A stretch of 64,000 nucleotides of DNA, from NCBI GenBank assembly GCA_944391055.1, contig CALXSF010000001.1:68858-132857 (forward strand), written 5' to 3'. Positions 19,151-28,535 of the stretch are shown piece after piece. The notes under the pieces were generated by a model, which searched no databases, was not told where the DNA came from, and was given only the letters and a program-made list of their open reading frames with translations. This stretch comes from an uncultured Kiritimatiellota bacterium. Its GTDB lineage: Bacteria; Verrucomicrobiota; Kiritimatiellia; RFP12; DVOR01. Each line of letters begins with the position of its first letter. The first letter of the stretch is position 1. Both the position numbers and the translations under genes were made by a program.

Positions 19151-19226
19151 CATACTATATCTAGCGCATTGACAGCGAGGAGGCAGGATATGTAGGTTGA
19201 CAGGGGCGCCCCAAGTTTCCTATCTT
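19151..19226 (+). promoter_or_regulatory. nrdD promoter region with an NrdR-box-like palindrome (CATACTATATCTAGCG) and two TTGACA -35 hexamers
   Basis: CATACTATATCTAGCG resembles the NrdR box acaCtAtATaTaGtgt. A weaker second half site, GGATATGTAGG, lies about 30 bp downstream. Then TTGACA-N17-CTATCT. Confidence 0.3.
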
Positions 19227-19308
19227 ACGCACGTTTCGCCGGATGGCCGCCGCATCGCGTGATGCGCCCGCCGGCGCCACCCCGACATCGAGCAACGGAA
19301 AGCTGGCC

Positions 19309-21621
19309 ATGATCAAGACTGTCATCAAGCGCGACGGAAGGCAGGTGCCTTTCAACCTCGCGAAGATTGCCACCGCCATCCTGAAGGCGTTGGCGCAGAC
19401 GCGCGATTGCGAGCAACTGCGCGACAAGGACGATTTCGAGCTGGAGGCCCTGGCCAACAAGTTGGCCGAGGACGCCACGCGCAAGGTCTCCGTGGAGGCC
19501 CCGGACATCGAGCGCATCCAGGACGCCGTGGAGCGCGCGCTGATGGACGCCGGCCTGCCCGACACCGCCAAGAGCTACATCCTCTACCGCGCCGACCGCT
19601 CCCGCGCCCGCGAGCGCAACACCAAGCTGATGAAGACCTTGGCCGACATCGTCTTCTCCTCGGCCAAGGACTCCGACGTCAAGCGCGAGAACGCGAACAT
19701 CGACGGCGACACCGCGATGGGCTCGATGCTCAAGTTCGGTTCCGAGAGCTCCAAGCGTTTCTACATCGACAACATGCTGCGGCCGGACATCGCCCGCGCC
19801 CACGAGCAGGGCGACATCCACATCCACGACCTCGATTTCTACAGCCTGACGATGACCTGCTGCCAGATCGACTTGGTCGATTTGCTTTCGCGCGGCTTCA
19901 GCACGGGCCACGGCTTCCTGCGTCCGCCCAAGGAGATCCGCTCCTTCGCGGCGCTGGCCTGCATCGCCATCCAGTCCAACCAGAACGACCAGCACGGCGG
20001 CCAATCCGTCCCGAACTTCGACCTCGCGATGGCCATCGGCGTGCGGATGACCTACGAGCGTCGCTACAAGGCGGCGATGCGCGAGGCCATCGAGCTGCTC
20101 TGCGGCCCCGAGAAGGCCGCCGACACCGTCCTCCCCACGCCGCCCACGATGGCCCAGGCCGACGACCCCGCGTTCCGCGCGCGGGAGGCCGAGGCGCTTC
20201 AGGCCGCCGGGATCCCCGCGCAGCACGTCCCGCACATCCAGGACTTCGCCCGCGCCCACGCGCTCAAGGAGACCGACCGCGAGACCTATCAGGCGATGGA
20301 GGCGCTGGTCCACAACCTCAACTCCATGCATTCGCGCGCGGGCGCGCAGACGCCCTTCTCCTCCATCAACTACGGCACGGACACCACGCCCGAGGGGCGC
20401 ATGGTTATCAAGAACGTCCTGCTGGCCACCCAGGCCGGCTTGGGCGACGGGGAGACGCCGATCTTCCCCATCCAGATCTTCCGCGTCAAGAAGGGCGTCA
20501 GCTTCGACCCCGGCGACCCCAACTACGACCTCTTCCAGCTCGCCTGCGAGGTCAGCGCCAAGCGCCTCTTCCCCAACTTCGCCTTCCAGGACGCGCCCTT
20601 CAACGCCGCCCTCTACAAGGAGGGCCACCCCGAGACCGAGATCAGCTACATGGGCTGCCGCACGCGCGTGGCCACCAACGTCTACGATCCCTCCAAGTCC
20701 CAGGTCTGGAAGCGCGGCAACCTCTCCTTCACCTCCATCAACCTCCCGCGCCTGGCCATCCAGAGCCACGGCAACGTCAAGACCTTCTACGCCCAGCTCG
20801 ACGATATGCTCCAGCTCGTGCGCGACCAGCTCCTCGAGCGCTTCGAGGTCCAGGCCCGCAAGCGCGTGCGCAACTTCCCCTTCCTCATGGGCGAGGGCAT
20901 CTGGCTGGACTCCGAGAAACTCGGCCCCGATGACGAGGTGCGCGAGGTCATCAAGCACGGCTCCCTCACCTTTGGCTTCATCGGCCTGGCCGAGACCCTC
21001 AAGAGCCTCATCGGCAAGCACCATGGCGAGAGCGACGAAGCCCAGCGCCTCGGCCTTGAGATCGTCCAGCACATGCGCGACTACGCCGATCGCTGCTCCA
21101 AGGAGACCGGCCTCAACTTCACCCTCATCGGCACCCCCGCCGAGGGCCTCTCCGGCCGCTTCGTGCGCATCGACCGCAAGCGCTTCGGCAACATCCCCGA
21201 GATCACCGACCGCGAGTATTACACCAACTCCTTCCACATCCCCGTCTACTTCCCCATCAGCGCCTTCCGCAAGATCGAGCTTGAGGCGCCCTACCACGCC
21301 CTCACCAACGGCGGGCACATCTCCTATGTCGAGCTCAACGGCAAGATGGCCGACAACCCCGAGGCCTTCGAGCGCGTCATCCGCCACATGGCCAAATGCG
21401 GCATCGGCTACGGCTCGGTGAACCACCCCCTCGACCGCGACCCGGTCTGCGGCTATCGCGGCATCATCGACGACGTCTGCCCTAAGTGCGGCCGGCGTGA
21501 GGACGACGGCGGCCCCCACTTCGAGCGGATCCGCCGCATCACCGGCTATCTCGTCGGCACCATCGACCGCTTCAACAACGCCAAGGCCGCCGAGGTGCGC
21601 GACCGCGTCAAACACCTCTGA
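19309..21621 (+). CDS. nrdD: Anaerobic ribonucleoside-triphosphate reductase
   Basis: ATP-cone MIKTVIKRDGRQVPFNLAKI. C-terminal Zn ribbon CPKCGRRE. Glycyl-radical motif RITGYLV. Confidence 0.9.
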   Translation: MIKTVIKRDGRQVPFNLAKIATAILKALAQTRDCEQLRDKDDFELEALANKLAEDATRKVSVEAPDIERIQDAVERALMDAGLPDTAKSYILYRADRSRARERNTKLMKTLADIVFSSAKDSDVKRENANIDGDTAMGSMLKFGSESSKRFYIDNMLRPDIARAHEQGDIHIHDLDFYSLTMTCCQIDLVDLLSRGFSTGHGFLRPPKEIRSFAALACIAIQSNQNDQHGGQSVPNFDLAMAIGVRMTYERRYKAAMREAIELLCGPEKAADTVLPTPPTMAQADDPAFRAREAEALQAAGIPAQHVPHIQDFARAHALKETDRETYQAMEALVHNLNSMHSRAGAQTPFSSINYGTDTTPEGRMVIKNVLLATQAGLGDGETPIFPIQIFRVKKGVSFDPGDPNYDLFQLACEVSAKRLFPNFAFQDAPFNAALYKEGHPETEISYMGCRTRVATNVYDPSKSQVWKRGNLSFTSINLPRLAIQSHGNVKTFYAQLDDMLQLVRDQLLERFEVQARKRVRNFPFLMGEGIWLDSEKLGPDDEVREVIKHGSLTFGFIGLAETLKSLIGKHHGESDEAQRLGLEIVQHMRDYADRCSKETGLNFTLIGTPAEGLSGRFVRIDRKRFGNIPEITDREYYTNSFHIPVYFPISAFRKIELEAPYHALTNGGHISYVELNGKMADNPEAFERVIRHMAKCGIGYGSVNHPLDRDPVCGYRGIIDDVCPKCGRREDDGGPHFERIRRITGYLVGTIDRFNNAKAAEVRDRVKHL

Positions 21622-21681
21622 GGCCGATCGGCCGGCGGCGGGGCGGGGCCTCCGGGCCCCTCCGCGCCGCCGTGCGCCCCC

Positions 21682-22164
21682 ATGCTCACCCTTCGCATCG
21701 CAGGCACGATCCCCGAGTCCATCGTCGATGGGCCGGGGTTTCGCTTCGCCATCTTCACGCAAGGGTGCCCGCACGGCTGCCCCGGCTGCCACAATCCACA
21801 GACGCACGATCCTAAGGGCGGCCGCGTCGTCTCCGTCCTCACCCTCATGCGGCAGATCTGGCACAGCCGCATGAACCTTGACGGCGTCACCTTCTCCGGC
21901 GGCGACCCCTTCTGCCAGCCCGAGCCGCTGGCCTTCCTGGCGCGGTGGTGCCACCGCCTTGGCCTCCACGTCATGGCCTACTCCGGCTGGACGCTCGCCG
22001 AGCTCCGCGCCAAACCGGAGTGCCGGTGCCTCCTCGACGAGATTGACGCCCTCGTCGACGGGCGCTTCATCATCGCCCGCCGCACCCTCGAGATGCGGTT
22101 CAGGGGCTCCTCCAACCAAAAACTCTACCACCTCCGCCACGGCGAAATCCTCTCCGTCGAGTGA
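21682..22164 (+). CDS. nrdG: Anaerobic ribonucleotide reductase activating protein (radical SAM)
   Basis: CPHGCPGCHN cluster motif, 160 aa, immediately downstream of nrdD. Confidence 0.85.
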   Translation: MLTLRIAGTIPESIVDGPGFRFAIFTQGCPHGCPGCHNPQTHDPKGGRVVSVLTLMRQIWHSRMNLDGVTFSGGDPFCQPEPLAFLARWCHRLGLHVMAYSGWTLAELRAKPECRCLLDEIDALVDGRFIIARRTLEMRFRGSSNQKLYHLRHGEILSVE

Positions 22165-22247
22165 GGCGCGCGGCGCGCACGGCAGGACGCACGGCGCGCG
22201 CGGGCGCGCTTTCCCTTGCGGCGGGCGGGGCGCGCTATCATGCGGAC

Positions 22248-23198
22248 ATGAAAACGATCGCCGATTCTCCGGATTCCCGCAAGTACGAGACGGGGTGGGA
22301 CGTCCTGCGCGTCCTGGCCTGCCTCATGGTCATCGTGATCCATGCCCGCAATCCTTACACTTATGGCGCGGACGGGGCGCTGGATCCGTGGGCGGCCTTT
22401 TTCATCGTGGCGGCCCGGGCGGACGTGCCGCTCTTCGTGATGCTCTCATGCGCCTTGCTGCTGCCGCTGCGCCAAGGCGCGGGCGACTTCCTGAAACGCC
22501 GCTTCTGGCGCGTGGCGGCGCCGTTCGCCGTGTGGTCGGCGATCTTCGCGTTCATCCCGCTGCCGGCGGATCTGACCGGCTACGCGCCCGTTTACGAGGG
22601 GCTGACGCCGCCGGCCGGCGCGCCGCTGTGACAGGAGGCGCTCTACGGGGTGCTGGCCATCCCGGTCACCTTCACGGGCGAGACGTGCCCTTATTGGTTC
22701 CTCTACATCATTCTGGGGCTGTATCTTGTGATGCCGATCGTCTCGCCGTGGCTGAGGCAGGCCTCCCTGCGGCAGCTGGGCTTCTTCGTGGGGGTGTGGG
22801 GGCTGACGTTGGCCTATCCCTTCCTTGCCTACGCCGGGATCTCGGAGCTGCATGGCGTCTGCGCGTGGAACCGGATCGGCATGGGCTATTATCTCACGGG
22901 CTACATCGGTTATCTGCTGCTGGCTTGTTTCATCATCCGTGCGGACAGGCTGTCGGCGCGGGGGGCGGCGCTGACGGGCGCGGCGCTCTTCCGTCGGCTG
23001 GCCTCGCGCTCCTTCGCCATCTTCCTGGTGCACTGGCTCTTCGCCGTTTATGGGTGGGGGCTCTTCGCGGGACTTGGGCTGCCGGCGTGGCTCGGGATGC
23101 CTGCGCTGACCGCGGCCATCTTCCTGTGCTCGTGGGCGGTCGCCGAGGCCCTCGCCCTGCTGCCGCGCCCGGCGGCGCGCCTCTTGGGCATCGACTGA
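22248..23198 (+). pseudogene. Acyltransferase family 3 (OatA-like) membrane protein interrupted by a single in-frame TGA at about 22629-22631
   Basis: Track ORFs 22161..22631 and 22650..23198 are in the same frame. Read-through gives ...PPAGAPL*QEALYGVLAIPVTF.... N-terminal AT3 motif WDVLRVLACLMVIVIHA. About 10 TM segments overall. Confidence 0.6.
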
Positions 23199-23270
23199 GC
23201 CGCGCGCCCCGTCGCCTGCGTGCGCGCTGTGCTATACTATGCGCGTTTCGATTTTCACAAGGATTGCGAC

Positions 23271-25037
23271 ATGGACAAGAAGGAAGCGCCGAAGAGTTCG
23301 TTGGATGCCTTGGTCTCGCTGTGCAAGCGGCGTGGCTTCATCTTCCAGAGCTCGGAGGTCTACGGGGGGTTCGCCGGGTTTTGGGATTACGGGCCGCTCG
23401 GCTGCGAACTGAAGCGCAACATCAAGGAGCGGTGGTGGCGCTTCATGGTGCGCGACCGCGAGGACGTCGAGGGGCTCGACGCCTCCATCATCATGCACCC
23501 GGCCATCTGGAAGGCGTCCGGGCACCTGGAGACCTTCTCCGACCCCATGAGCATGTGCAAGGGCAGCTGCCGCAAACTGATGCGCTCGGACCAGGTGTGG
23601 GAGCTCTTCGACGATTCCGCCATCAAGGCCGCGCTGGAGCCGTTGGTGGGGGACGCGGGCGCGGTGGCCAATTGGTGCAAAGGCAAGGGCAAATCCCTCG
23701 CGCCCGGGCTTTACGCCGTCCAGCACCCCGAGCATCTGGGGGCCATCTTCGCGGCGCTCGGCGCCGCGGGGGACGCGCGGGCGCTCTTCACGCTCCTGGC
23801 CACCCCGCCGGAGGCGGCCGGGGAGGTGCTTCCCTGCCCCAACTGCGGCGGCGTGATGACCGAGCCGCGCCCCTTCAACCTCATGTTCAAGACCGTCGTC
23901 GGCCCCATCGACGACCCGGAGAACGTGGCCTATCTGCGCCCCGAGACGGCGCAGGCCATCTTCGCCGAGTTCCCCAACGTCATGGTCGCCAGCCGCCAGG
24001 CGCCGCCTTTCGGCATCGGCCAGATCGGCAAGTCCTTCCGCAACGAGGTGACGCCCCGCAACTACATCTTCCGCTCGCGTGAGTTCGAGCAGATGGAGCT
24101 GGAGTTCTTCATCAAGCCCGACGAGGCCGTCGAGCTCCTCTGCGGCCATGTGGCCCCGCTCACGCCGGAGACCGACCTCTCCGAGCCGCGGCCCGACTGG
24201 GGGTGGGCCTGTTGGCACAAGTATTGGGTGGAGCAGCGCAAACAATGGCTCGTCGCCAACGGCCTGCCCAAGGACTCCTTCGTGGAGTATTGGCAGCGCC
24301 CGGACGAGTTGGCCCACTACGCCCGCGCCTGCGTGGACATCGAGTATCGCTTCCCCTTTGGCACCCAGGAGCTCGAGGGCATCGCCGCCCGCTCCGACTT
24401 CGACCTCTCCCGCCACCAGGAGCACTCCGGCAAAAGCATGGAGGTCTTCGACGAGCCGCTCAAGCTTGCCGTCCGCAAACTCTCCGACGAGGAAAAGGCC
24501 GCCTTCCGCGCCAAGGTCGTGGCCGAGTGGCAGGGCCGCGGCAAGACCGCCGAGGCCGCCAACGCCTTCCTGGACCGCCTCTTCGAGGGCAAGTACATCC
24601 CGCACGTCATCGAGCCCTCCGCCGGCGTCGACCGCATGGCCCTGGCCATGCTCTGCAACGCCTACGAGGAGCAGGCGCTCGTGGACGACAAGGGCAAGGC
24701 CGACGTCCGCACCGTCCTCCACCTCGCCCCCTCCATCGCCCCCGTCAAGGTCGCCGTCTTCCCCCTCGTCAAGAACCGGCCGGAGCTCCGGGCGCTCGCC
24801 CGCGACATCTTCGGGCGGCTTCAGAGGCGCTGGAACTGCTTCTGGGACGAGACCGGCGCCATCGGCCGCCGCTATCGCCGCCAAGACGAGATCGGGACGC
24901 CCTTCTGCGTCACCGTCGACTTCGACACCCTCGAGAAGGACGGCACCGTCACCCTCCGCGACCGCGACACCATGCGGCAGGAGCGCATCTCCGTGGACGA
25001 CCTCATCGCCAAGGTCGACGCCGCCGTGAACGGTTGA
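23271..25037 (+). CDS. glyQS: Glycine--tRNA ligase (dimeric alpha2 type)
   Basis: FQSSEVYGGFAGFWDYGPLG class II motifs, and the anticodon-binding C-terminus. Contains a Cys-containing insertion. Confidence 0.9.
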   Translation: MDKKEAPKSSLDALVSLCKRRGFIFQSSEVYGGFAGFWDYGPLGCELKRNIKERWWRFMVRDREDVEGLDASIIMHPAIWKASGHLETFSDPMSMCKGSCRKLMRSDQVWELFDDSAIKAALEPLVGDAGAVANWCKGKGKSLAPGLYAVQHPEHLGAIFAALGAAGDARALFTLLATPPEAAGEVLPCPNCGGVMTEPRPFNLMFKTVVGPIDDPENVAYLRPETAQAIFAEFPNVMVASRQAPPFGIGQIGKSFRNEVTPRNYIFRSREFEQMELEFFIKPDEAVELLCGHVAPLTPETDLSEPRPDWGWACWHKYWVEQRKQWLVANGLPKDSFVEYWQRPDELAHYARACVDIEYRFPFGTQELEGIAARSDFDLSRHQEHSGKSMEVFDEPLKLAVRKLSDEEKAAFRAKVVAEWQGRGKTAEAANAFLDRLFEGKYIPHVIEPSAGVDRMALAMLCNAYEEQALVDDKGKADVRTVLHLAPSIAPVKVAVFPLVKNRPELRALARDIFGRLQRRWNCFWDETGAIGRRYRRQDEIGTPFCVTVDFDTLEKDGTVTLRDRDTMRQERISVDDLIAKVDAAVNG

Positions 25038-25187
25038 GCGCGCGCCTCGCGCCCAAAGCGGCCCCCTCGCGCGCAACCGCGCGAGGGGGCCGCTTCGTTT
25101 TAGCCTTGACGAAGCCTTTGCCCTTGCGTTATCGTTGCGCCATCGTTTCTTATCGGCCATTGGTTTGCCCTCATCCCATCCCGTGCC

Positions 25188-26067
25188 CATGCAACCATTC
25201 CTGATCGCCTTCACGCTCACCCTCCTCGCAGGACTTTCCACCGGGCTCGGCGCCGCCATCGCCTTCTTCGCGCCGCGGGCCAACACCCGCTTCCTTTCCG
25301 TCTGCACCGGGCTTTCCGCCGGCGTCATGCTCTACGTCTCCTTCATGGAGATGCTGCCGGAGGCCTTCCGGCAGATCGCCGAGGCCGGCTTCGCGGAGAA
25401 GCCGGCCACCGCGTTGGGCACGCTCGGCTTCTTCGCCGGCATCGCGCTCATCTTCCTCATCGACCGCCTGGTCCCCGACGCGGAGAACCCCCACGAGACG
25501 CACCCCAAGCAGGCCTACGCCGCGCTCCGGGCCCCGGCGGCCGACGCCACCCCCGCCGAGCGCCGGGCCTTCCGCCGCGAGACGCGCCAGACCCGGCGCA
25601 CCCTGCTGCGCATGGGCGTCTTCACCGCGCTGGCCATCACCATCCACAACTTCCCCGAGGGCCTTTCCACCTTCCTTTCCGCGCTTGTGGATCCGCATCT
25701 CGGCACCGTCATCGCCTTCGCCATCGCCCTCCACAACATCCCCGAGGGCATCTCCGTCTCCATCCCCATCTATTACGCCACCGGCGACCGCCGCCGCGCG
25801 TTCGTCTGGAGCTGCCTGGCCGGCTTCGCCGAGCCTGTCGGCGCGCTTGCGCTTTGGGCCGTCCTGGCCGTCGCCAACGGCGCCGTCTTCTTCGAGCCGC
25901 CGCCGCTTCTCTTGGGGGTCGTCTCCGGCGCCGTCGCCGGCATCATGGTCTTCATCAGCCTTGACGAGCTGCTGCCGGCCTCCCGCGCCTACGGCAAGGG
26001 GCACGACTCCCTTTACGGCCTTGTCGCCGGGATGGCCATCATGGCGCTTTCCCTGCTGCTTCTCTGA
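25188..26067 (+). CDS. zupT: ZIP family zinc transporter
   Basis: HNFPEGLS and HNIPEGISVS signature motifs, 8 TM segments. Confidence 0.85.
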
Positions 26068-26245
26068 GCGCCCGGCACGCCCTCCCCGTCGGCGGCCCCC
26101 AATCATTAGCCAACGCAAAGCCTCCCGCCCGCCCACGGGCGGCGCGCCCCCGTCTGCCGCCCCTCGGGGGATGGGGGAGGCGCGGGCGCGCGACGCGGTG
26201 GAAGGGGCGCGCGGGGACGGGATGGTTCGCGGCGCGGTCGGGGCC

Positions 26246-26309
26246 GACTTGCGGCGTGGTCGACCCCGAGGTGCGGGCTGGTCCGAAAAAAGAGGCCCGT
26301 GATCTCGTT
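26246..26309. repeat. Conserved intergenic element, copy B (GACTTGCGGCG, a 26-nt insert, then TCCGAAAAAAGAGGCCCGTGATCTCGTT)
   Basis: Matches copy A at 5869-5911. Confidence 0.4.
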
Positions 26310-26440
26310 CTCCTCCGCGCGTTCTGCGGGAGTGGCCCGCCGCGCCGCGGGGTGGGGGCGGGGCGGGCGGCGGCCCCCGTCCCGCCCATGCCAAACGAGG
26401 AGGGGCGGCTCTCTTTTTTTGGAGGGGGCGCGGATTTTGC

Positions 26441-26470
26441 TTGCGCCCACATATTAGGCTATGCTAATAT
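26441..26470 (+). promoter_or_regulatory. Sigma70-like promoter (TTGCGC-N18-TAATAT) in a GCTTGCGCCC box
   Basis: Same -35 context as the promoter at 5944-5973. Confidence 0.4.
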
Positions 26471-26476
26471 AGCGCC

Positions 26477-26566
26477 GTTTTGAGACCTCCTTGAGGATTC
26501 TTTCGGACAACCCAAGATATAGGTGCACCCCGGACGCGGCCTTCTCTCCCCGCGTCCGGGTTTTTG
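26477..26566 (+). ncRNA. Candidate small RNA (about 90 nt) bounded by a promoter and an intrinsic terminator
   Basis: No coding potential. Terminator hairpin CCCGGACGCGG-N10-CCGCGTCCGGG plus TTTTT at 26529-26565. No downstream same-strand gene. Confidence 0.3.
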
Positions 26567-26573
26567 TTGAGAC

Positions 26574-26612
26574 AAAAAAGCCCCCGTCTCTTTTGGGAGA
26601 CGGGGGCTTTTC
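26574..26612 (-). terminator. Bidirectional intrinsic terminator ending the minus-strand hydrogenase operon
   Basis: AAAAAAG-CCCCCGTCTC-TTTTGG-GAGACGGGGGC-TTTT. Minus-strand reading gives the hairpin followed by UUUUUUG. Confidence 0.65.
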
Positions 26613-26624
26613 GCGATGGCGTTT

Positions 26625-27080
26625 TCAGCGGAGGGCGCGTTCCGCGCAGAAGCGGACGAACGCCGCGCAGGGGCGTTTGGCGTAATAATCCGCCGTGCGG
26701 GCCTCGGGCGCCTCGCCGCGCTGCTTGTGGATGGAGGCCTTGCGGAGGAGCTCCAGGCAGCCGTGGGTGCCGAATGCGGCGTCGAAGTCGCCGACCGCGG
26801 CTTGGACGTCCTTGTAGAGGGCGGCCTTCGTCTTGGGGTCCATGGGGGCCTCGGGGCCTTTGCGCAGGCCGATGACGGCGGCCATCGCGGTGACGGCGCC
26901 GCAGGTTTCGCGCAGGCCGCCGAGGCCCGCGCCGAGGCCGGAGGCCAGGCGCATGGCCTCGGCCTCCCCGATGCCGAGGGCCGGGGCACAGACGGCGAGG
27001 ACGGACTGCGCGCAGGTGCAGCCTTGCGCGAAGCGTTCCGCGGCGCGCGCGCCGGCTTCCTCCGGGGTGGGGGGCGTCAT
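26625..27080 (-). CDS. C_GCAxxG_C_C family redox protein
   Basis: Manual translation MTPPTPEEAGARAAERFAQGCTCAQSVLAVCAPALG... contains the C-GCAxxG-C-C signature. 151 aa. ATGA overlap with the upstream hydrogenase stop. It was hidden inside the fused Arg-rich track ORF 26625..28340. Confidence 0.75.
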   Translation of the reverse strand: MTPPTPEEAGARAAERFAQGCTCAQSVLAVCAPALGIGEAEAMRLASGLGAGLGGLRETCGAVTAMAAVIGLRKGPEAPMDPKTKAALYKDVQAAVGDFDAAFGTHGCLELLRKASIHKQRGEAPEARTADYYAKRPCAAFVRFCAERALR

Positions 27081-28521
27081 GCCTGGAAATCCGTCGGCCG
27101 GCGCTTCTGGATGGTTTTGGCGGCGTCCTCGGCGGAGGTGATGGCGCAGGGGCCGCCCACGCAGCCGCCGGGGCAGACCATGACCTCGATGATGTCGGCG
27201 GGGGCCTTCTTGGTCTTGGCGAAGACGCGGAGGAGGGCGACGTTCTTTTTGTTGAGGCCGTTGATCTTGAAGACGGTCGGCTTGGGCGTGCCTTCCGGGA
27301 GGTAGTGGGCGACGGCGTTCGCCACGCCGCCGCTGACGGCGAACTCGGCGCCGTATTGGGTGCCGGCCACCTCGGGCTCGGAGGGTTCGAGGTCGGCGAG
27401 CTGGATGTTCTCGGCGATGAGCCAGGCGCCGAGCTCCTCGGCGGTGATGACGTAGTCGGGGCCGCCGTGTTTGTGGGCCTCGGTGCGCTTGGCCATGCAG
27501 GGGCCGATGAAGACGGTGAGGGCGTCGGGGTGGTCGGCCTTGGCGCGCCGCTCGGCGAAGCCCATCGGCGTGGGCGTGTCGGAGACGTAGGGCTTCATCT
27601 CGGGGAGGTGGCGCTCGACGCACTCGATCCAGGCCGGGCAGCAGCTGGTGGTCATGAACGGCGCGCCGTGGGCCTTGCGCTCGGCCCATTCGGCGGCCTC
27701 GGCGGCGGCGGTGTCGTCGCCGCCACGGGCCACCTCGTAGACATGGGCGAAGCCGATCTGGCGGAGCGCGGCGTAGAGCTTGCCCGGCTCGGTGGGGAAG
27801 AAGCCGTTGATGGCGGGGGCGACGAGGGCGATGACCTTTTTGCCCTTGGCGATGGCGCGGACGACGTGGGCCACCTGGTTGCTTTGCATGATGGCGGCGA
27901 AGGGGCAGGCCTTGATGCACTTGCCGCAGCGGATGCATTTCTCGTGGTCGACGGTGACGCGGCCGTCCTCGGTCTTGCCGATGGCGCCCACGGGGCAGGC
28001 GTCGGCGCAGGCGAGGGGGACCTGGATGATGGCGTGGTAGCGGCAGACCTCGGCACATTTGCCGCAATTGACGCAGAGGTCGTGCGCGATCGTGGCGCGG
28101 CCGTTGCGGACCTGGATGGCGTGCCGGGGGCAGATGTTGGTGCAGGGGCGCGCGAGGCAGCCGCGGCACATGTTGGTGACCATGATCTGCGATTCCATGC
28201 AGGCCGAGCAGGCGTCGGGGAAGATGGTCAGGAAGGGGTCGGAGGCCGGCGGGTTGGCCTCGATGTCCTCGGCGTAGCTCTTGAGCGTCTTGAGCTCGTC
28301 GACCTCGTCTTCCACGCGGAAGCCGAGCGCGGACATGCACCGGTAGCGGAGCGCGGCGCGGTCTTTGTAGATGCAGCAGCGGCTGAAGGGCTGGCCCTTC
28401 GGGCGGATTTTGATGGGGATGCGGTCGATGTCCTCATAGGCGCCGGATTTGACGGCCTTGATGACGTAGGCCAGCACCTCGCGGCGCAGGCGGTCGGCTT
28501 CGCTGATCATCGGGATTGCCA
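27077..28521 (-). CDS. [FeFe]-hydrogenase catalytic subunit-like protein with N-terminal 4Fe-4S ferredoxin domains
   Basis: H-cluster motifs L1 TSCCPAW, L2 GPCMAKRTE, L3 EVMVCPGGCVGGP. Several CxxCxxCxxxCP ferredoxin motifs. The start is set at MAIPMISE with a GGAGGA RBS. Confidence 0.8.
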
Positions 28522-28535
28522 TGGCTGTCTCCTCC

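Noticed and set aside
18854-19153. 99-aa minus-strand ORF as an intact gene
   Set aside because: Only the 3' third shows coding-like periodicity. The N-terminal two-thirds is Pro/Arg/Ala junk overlapping the nrdD promoter region. It is treated as a possible remnant.
22629-22631. Selenocysteine or stop-codon reassignment explaining the in-frame TGA in the AT3 gene
   Set aside because: TGA is used as the ordinary stop by most genes in the window. No SECIS-like hairpin is apparent downstream. AT3 acyltransferases are not known selenoproteins.
26067-26130. Hairpin after zupT (GCCCGCCCACGGGCGGCG) as a terminator
   Set aside because: Imperfect stem and no T-run.
26625-28340. 571-aa Arg-rich ORF
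   Set aside because: It is a composite frame. Its C-terminal 151 aa are the genuine C_GCAxxG_C_C gene, and the rest is antisense or out-of-frame relative to the hydrogenase gene.
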